Shown here one piece after another: positions 38,347 to 45,745 of a DNA stretch of 64,000 bases (positions within the stretch are counted from its first letter, which is position 1; each line of letters begins with the position of its first letter). Source of the DNA: a virus (lineage: Duplodnaviria; Heunggongvirae; Uroviricota; Caudoviricetes); IMG/VR virus record IMGVR_UViG_3300027601_000004; one strand, written 5' to 3'. Under the pieces are notes generated by a model, which was given only the letters and a program-made list of their open reading frames with translations, ran no database searches and was not told where the DNA came from. The translations under genes were made by a program, and so were the position numbers.

Positions 38347-39150
38347 ATGGCACAAAAAGGTTTCGATTACGAGAGAAACGCACATAACGTATTGAAAGAA
38401 TACAAAATCACTGTAGGTGATCCAGCTGGCGCATCGCACGATAAACCAGATCTTTCTATCGTCACTAAAAGTATATCAACATCAACAGGATGTGAGTTAA
38501 AGATATCCCCAACTGCAGCAGGATCTCTAGTATTAAAATACTACAACGGTAAGTGGGCATTCGCTGAAGACCTTAAAGGCGATCCTGAGAAAATCATGAT
38601 GCGAGATATCGCAACTCAATACAACCTTCTCCAAGAAATGAATGTATCGGGTACTGCTGGTGAGAAGTGGAGAAGTAAAGTTCCTATTCTACAGAATGAC
38701 CAAGCTGGTAGAAAAATACTTACTGGTGGTATTAAAGACAAACGCAAAGCGTATGAAATTGATATACAAAGTTATAAGGGTGAGAACGAGGTCCACATAA
38801 CAGTCCCAGCTAAGGCTATCTGTGACTACTACAATAAGAAGAAAACCTACTACATCAATGTAGGTACTCATGGGTTCTATTTAATGAATAAATTCGATCC
38901 GTTAAAATTGAATGCCAAGCTAACCAAGAAGATCGAAGATTTCTCAAACTGCACATCAGCTAGAATCAGAACTAGATGCCAGCCAAAGGGTGGTGGCGAT
39001 TACCAGTTCGTTATGACTTTAGAATTTTCAAACCTAAGAAAATCTCTCTATAACCTAGCACCCATTACATCCCAAAATAACGTCACTATTAATAGAACAG
39101 CTTACAGCTTAACTGACAATCAGTCTCTACTTAAAGCATTCGCTTCATAG
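38347..39150 (+). CDS. Hypothetical protein (267 aa).
   Basis: ORF; ATG with a GGGG RBS after the palindrome. Confidence 0.45.
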   Translation: MAQKGFDYERNAHNVLKEYKITVGDPAGASHDKPDLSIVTKSISTSTGCELKISPTAAGSLVLKYYNGKWAFAEDLKGDPEKIMMRDIATQYNLLQEMNVSGTAGEKWRSKVPILQNDQAGRKILTGGIKDKRKAYEIDIQSYKGENEVHITVPAKAICDYYNKKKTYYINVGTHGFYLMNKFDPLKLNAKLTKKIEDFSNCTSARIRTRCQPKGGGDYQFVMTLEFSNLRKSLYNLAPITSQNNVTINRTAYSLTDNQSLLKAFAS

Positions 39151-39155
39151 ACTTT

Positions 39156-39163
39156 TATAAATA
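39156..39163 (+). promoter_or_regulatory. TATAAATA late-promoter-like box upstream of the His-rich gene array.
   Basis: Exact T4 late-promoter octamer about 115 nt upstream of 39271/39280. Confidence 0.35.
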
Positions 39164-39197
39164 CCTCTGTAAGTCATTGTTTTCAATGGATTAAAAT

Positions 39198-39218
39198 AAC
39201 CCTTCAGAACGTAGGGTT
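39198..39218 (+). repeat. Hairpin AACCCT-tcagaacgt-AGGGTT; reverse-orientation member of the CCCTAC/GTAGGG family.
   Basis: The sequence is the reverse complement of the hairpin at 11882 with one substitution. Confidence 0.5.
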
Positions 39219-39231
39219 ACTAAAATAATGC

Positions 39232-39260
39232 TTTACTTTATTGTAAAAGTAGGGTATAAT
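39232..39260 (+). promoter_or_regulatory. Early promoter TTTACT-17-TATAAT with a TGCTTTA MotA-box-like sequence.
   Basis: Exact 17-nt spacer and consensus -10. Confidence 0.6.
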
Positions 39261-39270
39261 AACTGTATAG

Positions 39271-40473
39271 ATGGGTAAAATGAAGTCGTTCCAAACATTC
39301 CTTAAAGAAGAAACCGAAGAAGAGAAACTGAAGCACATCCATCATGTAGAGGATCGCCCTCTATTCCATGGTTCTTCAGGGTTCGAACATGCTCTTGGTG
39401 CACTAAACCATGGACATGAACACATTAAAGCTGGGAAACAATCCAGCGATCTGACCATGAAATATGACGGATCGCCATCATTGGTTTTTGGAAAGCATCC
39501 AGAAACTGGAAAATTCTTTGTTGCTTCCAAGTCAGCGTTCAATAAAAACCCAAAAATCAACTATACTGCTAAGGACATTGACAAGAACCATGGTCATGCT
39601 CCAGGTCTCGCAGAAAAATTAAAGCATGCTCTAAAACATCTACCAAAGGTTGCACCTAAGCAAGGTGTATATCAGGGTGACGTTATGCACTCTGAGGGTG
39701 ATGTTAAATATGATGAGAAGAAGGGAACTGCTTCTTATACACCAAATACAATTAAGTATACTGCGCATGGCGATGAAGCCAAGAAAACAGCCCAATCTAA
39801 ATTTGGGTTAGTTGTTCACCAAAAATATGAGGGTAAAGATTTTGCTTCGATGAAAGCAACTCCTCATCCTGATATGAAAAGTTTTGGTCAACACAAAGAT
39901 GTGCATCTTGCTGGTGCCGAGCATGATACTAGCAAAGTTAAATATACTCAAGCAGATCAGAAAAGATTCCAAAGCCACATGAATGCTGCAAAAGATATTC
40001 ATGATAAACACGGCGATAAGATGTATGGTGCGATCCATCCAGAACACAAAGGTGATGCTGGACATTTGGGAACTTACATCAATCAAACAGTTCGCAAAGA
40101 TACAAAACCAAACGCAAAAGGATTCATTAAACATATTCAGGATGTTTATGAAAAGAAAGCGTCTAAACTAAAGTCTGAGAAGGGACAAACTGCTCAGCGT
40201 AATCTTGGTTCTGGTCACGCTGCGCATGTTGAGAAAAATAAAGAGCATTATGAGAATCTATTTAAAATGCATCAGCATTTACAGCAAGGTAAAAACCTTT
40301 TAGTTAAGAATTTAAACCAGCATACTGGCGGTCTTGAGCATCATATTGGAGATAAGAAAACAGATCCTGAGGGATATGTTATAAATTATACGCACAAAGG
40401 TAAACAAGAACCATCTAAAATTGTTAATCGTGCAGAATTCAGTAAAGCCAACTTATTAAAGCCAAGAAAATGA
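39271..40473 (+). CDS. His/Lys-rich paralog 1, with a degenerate nucleotidyltransferase-like motif. The second ATG at 39280 (MKSFQTF) is probably the true start.
   Basis: The N-terminus MKSFQTFLKEE is shared with the next two genes; KYDGSPSL block; 17% His+Lys; low complexity. Confidence 0.6.
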   Translation: MGKMKSFQTFLKEETEEEKLKHIHHVEDRPLFHGSSGFEHALGALNHGHEHIKAGKQSSDLTMKYDGSPSLVFGKHPETGKFFVASKSAFNKNPKINYTAKDIDKNHGHAPGLAEKLKHALKHLPKVAPKQGVYQGDVMHSEGDVKYDEKKGTASYTPNTIKYTAHGDEAKKTAQSKFGLVVHQKYEGKDFASMKATPHPDMKSFGQHKDVHLAGAEHDTSKVKYTQADQKRFQSHMNAAKDIHDKHGDKMYGAIHPEHKGDAGHLGTYINQTVRKDTKPNAKGFIKHIQDVYEKKASKLKSEKGQTAQRNLGSGHAAHVEKNKEHYENLFKMHQHLQQGKNLLVKNLNQHTGGLEHHIGDKKTDPEGYVINYTHKGKQEPSKIVNRAEFSKANLLKPRK

Positions 40474-41084
40474 AGACATTTAAATCTTATATTGTAGAAT
40501 CAGAAAAAGACGTTCATCATGTTCTTGCTTTTGGTCGAATGAATCCTCCAACTGCTGGTCATGAGAAACTCGTAACCCATATGCATGATACTGCCAAGAA
40601 ACATAATGCAGAACATACATTGGTATTATCAGGTTCGCATGCAACTAAAGACGGATCTAATCCATTACCACCTGATGTTAAAAAGAAACATGCAGAGAGA
40701 GCATTTCCTGGAACCAATGTTAAGGTAGCTGATAAAGAACATCCTACTGTTCTTCATCATGCTGCTGAGTTGCACAAAAAAGGTGTTACTCATTTACACT
40801 TTGCTGGTGGCGATGATCGTAAACCAATGCATGAATTGATTAAAAAGTATAATGGAAAAGAAGGTCCACATGGACATTACAATTTCAAGAGTATAAAGTT
40901 CCACAATGCAGGTAAACGTGATCCAAATGCAAAAGGAACTGAAGGTATTTCTGGAACTAAACTTCGTGGTCACGCTGCAGCTGGTGAACAGAAAAAGTTT
41001 GAATCTCATCTATCGTCACAGATGAAACCAGAACATAAAACAGAATTGTATCACGACTTACGTAAACATATGGGTGTAAAGTAA
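40470..41084 (+). CDS. His/Lys-rich paralog 2; HIGH-signature nucleotidyltransferase-like (cytidylyl-/adenylyltransferase superfamily).
   Basis: VLAFGRMNPPTAGHEKLV is a (T/H)xGH motif preceded by FGR.NP; a C-terminal ISGTKLRG resembles the ISxTxxR motif of NMNAT/PPAT-type enzymes. Confidence 0.55.
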   Translation: MKTFKSYIVESEKDVHHVLAFGRMNPPTAGHEKLVTHMHDTAKKHNAEHTLVLSGSHATKDGSNPLPPDVKKKHAERAFPGTNVKVADKEHPTVLHHAAELHKKGVTHLHFAGGDDRKPMHELIKKYNGKEGPHGHYNFKSIKFHNAGKRDPNAKGTEGISGTKLRGHAAAGEQKKFESHLSSQMKPEHKTELYHDLRKHMGVK

Positions 41085-42130
41085 TGAAAAATTTTAAATC
41101 GTTCTTAGCAGAAGAACAATACTACGAAGAATTGCTTATCGAAGCAGCTGATGATGCTTCCAAAGAGGGTGGTGTTTCCAATAACACTAAAGGTGTGTTG
41201 CACGAACTATTAGTCGGCAAACATTTAAATGGTGGTAAGCATCTAGAGAAACACAAGAATGAAAACGATGAAACACCTGAGCAAGCACACGAGAGATTAA
41301 AGAAACAAATTCACCCTAAAGATTATGATAAGATCGCTAAAAATGCAGAGAGTGCTGCCAATCATATTAAGGCACATATCGATTCTACTCACAAAGGGCA
41401 TAAGATTTCAGCAGTGCATTGGACTTCAAAACCTGGAGATACAGAAAAGGTAACTGGTCACAAAGCAACACAGAAAGAAGATTCTTCTGACGTTTATGTA
41501 ACTACCAAGCATCCAAAGACAGGTAAAGAACATCATCATGGCGTAAGTTTAAAAGTCAGCGATAAGTCCAGTAAAAACATTCCGTCTTCAAGTCTTGGTA
41601 TGGAATCTGGTGGTTCAAAAGCCAGACAGCATTATAAAGATCATCAAGACGCAATACTTGCTGCTCATCCTAAATTAAAAGGTAAGAATAAAGACCAGCG
41701 TAAAGAAATTGCAAAAGCAGATCCTAAGTTGCATGATGATATTAAGAAACGCAACAAAGAACTTTTACATAAAGTTGCTCACGATCATGCTGCTGAGTTG
41801 CAGCACCACTTAGACAACAATAACCACGACCATGTAGTTAAACATATTCGTGAAGTTCTACATGCACATAAGACTCCTGCAGAAGAAAAGGGGCACAGTT
41901 TTATTAAGCATACAACATATCAAACTGCTAAGGGTGTTCAACACCATACAAGTAAGCCAAGCGAAGACCACGAACATATCCTTAAAGACCATAAGAATAT
42001 TACAGTTAAATCCAGTGGTGGCTCTGTTCACTTCTATCACAATGGTAAGAAGTTTGCTTCTCAAGCCCATAAGTTCGACTCTCAATCTGATCCATTAAGT
42101 TCATTAAAGAGTGCAGGTAAAGCTGTATGA
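41084..42130 (+). CDS. His/Lys-rich paralog 3; degenerate motif (NNTKGVLHELLV).
   Basis: N-terminus MKNFKSFLAEE; very His-rich (HHHG, HDHAAELQHHLDNNNHDHVVKH). Confidence 0.55.
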   Translation: MKNFKSFLAEEQYYEELLIEAADDASKEGGVSNNTKGVLHELLVGKHLNGGKHLEKHKNENDETPEQAHERLKKQIHPKDYDKIAKNAESAANHIKAHIDSTHKGHKISAVHWTSKPGDTEKVTGHKATQKEDSSDVYVTTKHPKTGKEHHHGVSLKVSDKSSKNIPSSSLGMESGGSKARQHYKDHQDAILAAHPKLKGKNKDQRKEIAKADPKLHDDIKKRNKELLHKVAHDHAAELQHHLDNNNHDHVVKHIREVLHAHKTPAEEKGHSFIKHTTYQTAKGVQHHTSKPSEDHEHILKDHKNITVKSSGGSVHFYHNGKKFASQAHKFDSQSDPLSSLKSAGKAV

Positions 42131-42474
42131 AAAAGTTAATACTGATTCTTGCCGTAGTTTCTTTATCTGCATGTTCTGTTATCCTACCAAGACCACACGA
42201 CCCAGAAATGTTTGGTCGTTTAGTTGATACCAAAATAGCAGTTGATAAATTAGAATGTGGTAATCAGTTAATGTTCCAAAACGCAGACGAGTATATCGAG
42301 AGATTAAAAGTTTATGCTGTTTTAAGATCTGACCCACAAGCAGAAGCTATTGGAAAATTGCAAGAAGCTATCAAGAAAGCAGGAGAATCCAAGAACAAAG
42401 TATTCTGCGAATCTGTTGTTAAAACAAATAAAGTTAGAATCGATGTAATAGTAGATGCTTGGAAAGGAAGATAA
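42127..42474 (+). CDS. Lipoprotein (115 aa).
   Basis: Signal peptide with lipobox LSAC. Confidence 0.5.
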   Translation: MKKLILILAVVSLSACSVILPRPHDPEMFGRLVDTKIAVDKLECGNQLMFQNADEYIERLKVYAVLRSDPQAEAIGKLQEAIKKAGESKNKVFCESVVKTNKVRIDVIVDAWKGR

Positions 42475-42662
42475 TGACTACATTTACAACTGAAGATAGA
42501 TTAGTAGCAGAAGCACCTTATCATCCAGGATATGAATCTATAGGATTAGAAGAAATTAAGAATCCAATTATGGATGAGGTAAATGAATATCGTGCATATA
42601 AAGCACGACATATGAAAACTGCCAAAGGTATTGTTGAATTTTTAAGGGGTCCAAGATGCTAG
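42459..42662 (+). CDS. Small hypothetical (67 aa).
   Basis: ORF. Confidence 0.3.
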   Translation: MERKIMTTFTTEDRLVAEAPYHPGYESIGLEEIKNPIMDEVNEYRAYKARHMKTAKGIVEFLRGPRC

Positions 42663-42886
42663 AACAATTAAGAGAAGCAGCAGGAATGGGTGGTCCAGCA
42701 GCAGCATTGGCGAACGAGTTATTGGTTATTCGTGAAAATTATGAACAGGGACAGCTATCCAAAGAAGAATATGAGTATTTGGTCAATGAAATCGCTGAAA
42801 TTCGTGCCCAACAGGAGTTAGCCACAGACGAGGTAGCCTGTCGTTGGATCGTTGCAGCAGCAAAAGCGTTAATTAGCGTGGCATAA
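42656..42886 (+). CDS. Small hypothetical (76 aa).
   Basis: ORF. Confidence 0.3.
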   Translation: MLEQLREAAGMGGPAAALANELLVIRENYEQGQLSKEEYEYLVNEIAEIRAQQELATDEVACRWIVAAAKALISVA

Positions 42887-42929
42887 TTGCCTAAATAAAT
42901 GAATAGAAATTACTTTATAGATGGATTAA

Positions 42930-44810
42930 ATGAAAGATTACAGACAACTAATCAAAGAACTACCGTCCAGTACTATTGTTTGTGCAGTTAGCGAGTTTAA
43001 CCCTCCTACAATCGGTCACGAACTACTAGTCAAGACAGTCAAAAAACTGGCAGAACAAAAAAATTCTGACCACGTAATCTATACATCCCCATCTAAGAAC
43101 AGTATTATCCAAGAAGATAAGAAAGAACATTATCTAAATTTAATGTTCCCAAATACTTCTTTTAAAAGTATCACATCTTTATCGGAAACGATTAAAGATT
43201 TGTCGCAGAAGTATAAACATGTTGTATTGGTTGTCGGCAGCGAACAATCAGCCAGCTTGAAAAAAATTGTTAAAGAATCAAGTTCCATTCAGATTATTTC
43301 TACTTTAGATAAAGACCCAGATGTAAATTCTTCAAAGATGAAATCTTTTGCTACTAAAGGAATTTTTGAAGAGTTTAAGAAAAAGTTGCCAAGTTCTGTT
43401 CGTGAGTTAGATGGTCGTCGTTTGATGAACGATGTCCGTATTACGATGGGTTTAGAACCAATTAAAGAGCAGCTTAATTTGGTCAAAGATACTGTACGTG
43501 AACAATATTTCCGTGGTGAAATTTTTAATGTCGGAGATATCGTTGAATGTAGTGGAGAAAAATTAGCAGTAGTTAAACGTGGCTCAAACCATTTACTACT
43601 TAAAGAAGCTAGTGGCAAATTAGTTTCTAAATGGATACAAGACGTAATACCAACGGAAGAAAAAGAAATGAACGAAGACTTAACAGATAAGACTTTAAAA
43701 ACCAACGATAAGATTAAAGTTGCTCGAGTAATCGCAACTATGCTTGGTGTGGATAAAGTTGAGGCAACTGCAAACGCTGAGTTGCTTGTTAATACTGCAC
43801 TACGCAGAATCAAATCCAAGACTTTGAATCCAGAAGCATTGAACATTGTTAATAAGATGTTACAACTGGCTAACCAAGTTGGTATTCAATATGACACAAA
43901 TTTAATTCCACAGAAACTTACTCAAGAAGAAACTTCTTTGGATGAAGCAACTCCATATTATAATAAACCTTCTTTCATCAAGAGAATGTCTCGCATGGCG
44001 AAACAAGAAAGACAGGAACGTGAGAAAAAAGAAAAAGAACAGAAGAAAGATGTAAAAGAGAATCACTGCAAACCTGGACATAGTTTAGTTGAACCAGGAG
44101 CATCTGAAACTTTACGCAAACAAAAAATTAAACAACAATTGGGTGAAGTAGCTCCAGTTGATGTGAGCAAAGTTAATCATGCTGGCGATGAACCACATGA
44201 TGAAGAATGGGAAGATACTGGTATTTGTCCAGTACACAACGTAAAGCATGGCGAAGAAGGATGTGAACACACTAGAGATGTGTTAGAAAAAGAATTAGAT
44301 CTTACTGATGAAGAAATCGATCACATTATTAATACTACACCAGATGATGAATTCATCGATGAGTATGAAGATGATGAGTTTGGTATTATCGATCCAGATA
44401 CTGGCGAAGAATATGACGATGAAGAATGTGCTTGCACAATGCAAGAGCAAGCAATTCTGGAAGTTCTTTCAAGAACAGAACGTATGCGTGCAAGAGTTCG
44501 TTTTGCAAAATCTAAGGCTAAGCGTGAACGTAAAGCATCCATCGCATTAAGAACTCGTGCCACCACTAAGACTACAAACAAACGTGCACGTCGTCTTGCA
44601 ATTAAGTTAATGAAGAAACGTCTACTCCGTGGTCGTGACTATAACAAACTTTCAGTTGGAGAGAAAGAGCGTGTAGAAAGAGTTATTCAAAGACGCAAAC
44701 AAGTTATCGGTCGTGTAGCAATGAAACTTGTTCCACGTATTCGTGCTGTTGAGAAAGCAAGATTATCACATACAAAATATACTAAAGGATCTGGAAATGT
44801 TGCGTTTTAA
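42930..44810 (+). CDS. Large paralog 4: N-terminal HIGH-signature nucleotidyltransferase-like domain, an acidic middle region, and a strongly basic Arg/Lys C-terminus.
   Basis: VSEFNPPTIGHELLV in the same architecture as paralog 2; the C-terminal 150 aa is about 35% R/K; a CTAAATA sequence lies 35 nt upstream. Confidence 0.55.
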   Translation: MKDYRQLIKELPSSTIVCAVSEFNPPTIGHELLVKTVKKLAEQKNSDHVIYTSPSKNSIIQEDKKEHYLNLMFPNTSFKSITSLSETIKDLSQKYKHVVLVVGSEQSASLKKIVKESSSIQIISTLDKDPDVNSSKMKSFATKGIFEEFKKKLPSSVRELDGRRLMNDVRITMGLEPIKEQLNLVKDTVREQYFRGEIFNVGDIVECSGEKLAVVKRGSNHLLLKEASGKLVSKWIQDVIPTEEKEMNEDLTDKTLKTNDKIKVARVIATMLGVDKVEATANAELLVNTALRRIKSKTLNPEALNIVNKMLQLANQVGIQYDTNLIPQKLTQEETSLDEATPYYNKPSFIKRMSRMAKQERQEREKKEKEQKKDVKENHCKPGHSLVEPGASETLRKQKIKQQLGEVAPVDVSKVNHAGDEPHDEEWEDTGICPVHNVKHGEEGCEHTRDVLEKELDLTDEEIDHIINTTPDDEFIDEYEDDEFGIIDPDTGEEYDDEECACTMQEQAILEVLSRTERMRARVRFAKSKAKRERKASIALRTRATTKTTNKRARRLAIKLMKKRLLRGRDYNKLSVGEKERVERVIQRRKQVIGRVAMKLVPRIRAVEKARLSHTKYTKGSGNVAF

Positions 44811-45294
44811 AGATTACCTTACAGAAGATAATGCCAAACATGATGAGGCAGAAGAGCATTTATCAAAAGCCAATGACGCTGAATCTAAAGGTGATATGAA
44901 GTCATTTCATGCACACATGGCGGATCATCATGATGCTATGTCCGAGTGGCATGAGTCGAAGGGTCGTTCGGCATCAGCAGACAAGCATGCTGAAAAGGCA
45001 GATGAACACCATGAAAAATCTTTAACTGTTAAAGAAGCAGCTGTTGATGCAAAAGGATTTAAATCTTCAACTGGTGGCTTGACACAAAAGGGTCGAGATC
45101 ATTATAACAGAACAGAGGGTGGCAATCTTAAAGCACCTGTAACAACACCACCATCAAAATTAAAAGCTGGTAGCAAAGCTGCCAATCGTCGCAAGTCTTT
45201 CTGTGCCAGAATGTCTGGCGTAGAAGGACCAATGAAGAAGCCAAATGGCGAGCCAACTCGTAAAGCATTGGCATTAAGAAAATGGAATTGTTAA
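44797..45294 (+). CDS. His-rich basic protein (165 aa).
   Basis: ATG with an AAAGGA RBS in the +1 frame at the end of the previous gene; HAHMADHHDAMSEWHE. Confidence 0.45.
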   Translation: MLRFKDYLTEDNAKHDEAEEHLSKANDAESKGDMKSFHAHMADHHDAMSEWHESKGRSASADKHAEKADEHHEKSLTVKEAAVDAKGFKSSTGGLTQKGRDHYNRTEGGNLKAPVTTPPSKLKAGSKAANRRKSFCARMSGVEGPMKKPNGEPTRKALALRKWNC

Positions 45295-45295
45295 T

Positions 45296-45742
45296 ATGAA
45301 TGAAACTTTAGTTACTGCGAAAATTTGCTTAGCAAATACATTCTTAATGTATTTTAAGGCACAATCTTATCATTGGAACTTGGAAGGGATGTTCTTTCCA
45401 CAGTATCATGAATTTTTTGGCAATCTTTATGAAGAAATTTATGGAGCAGTTGATCCAATGGCAGAAGAGATGCGTGCGCTTGATGAGTATGCTCCAAAGA
45501 ATATAGAAGAAATGTATAAAGTTACAACTATCGATAATGATAATAACGCTAGTAATGTAACTGAAATGCTGCAAGATTTACAAGAAGCCAACAATAAAAC
45601 CATCGAGAGCCTAAATAAACTGTTCGATCTATTATCGAAAGACAAAGAGCAGGGTTTTGCTGATTTTATTGCTGGAAGATTGGATGCTCACAAGAAACAT
45701 GGTTGGATGATACGTTCCAGCTTAAAGAAAATTGGAGAATAA
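45296..45742 (+). CDS. dps: Dps / ferritin-like protein.
   Basis: FLMYFKAQSYHWNLEGMFFPQYHEFFGNLYEEIYGAVDPMAEEMRAL carries the Dps ferroxidase-site spacing (HW..G..F..H.......E....D...E); the C-terminal HKKHGWMIRS is typical. Confidence 0.65.
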   Translation: MNETLVTAKICLANTFLMYFKAQSYHWNLEGMFFPQYHEFFGNLYEEIYGAVDPMAEEMRALDEYAPKNIEEMYKVTTIDNDNNASNVTEMLQDLQEANNKTIESLNKLFDLLSKDKEQGFADFIAGRLDAHKKHGWMIRSSLKKIGE

Positions 45743-45745
45743 TAA

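Noticed and set aside
34829-39150. A cytosine C5-methyltransferase partner for the TET/JBP-like dioxygenase
   Set aside because: No ORF in the window shows the FxGxG / PCQ / ENV methyltransferase motifs, so a 5mC to 5hmC pathway cannot be supported from this window. The module is reported as thymine-directed or partner-elsewhere.
39271-40473. Apparent similarity of paralog 1 (LTMKYDGSPSLVFGKHPETGKFFVASKS) to T4 RNA ligase 1 motif I/Ia (LTKEDGSLV...ILFKSKGS)
   Set aside because: The K-x-DGS-x-L block is shared with paralog 2 (TKDGSNPL), where it lies 20 aa downstream of a HIGH motif, which is a nucleotidyltransferase context rather than a ligase context. No convincing ligase motifs III-V follow. 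Treated as a family-specific block, not ligase homology; worth a formal HMM check.
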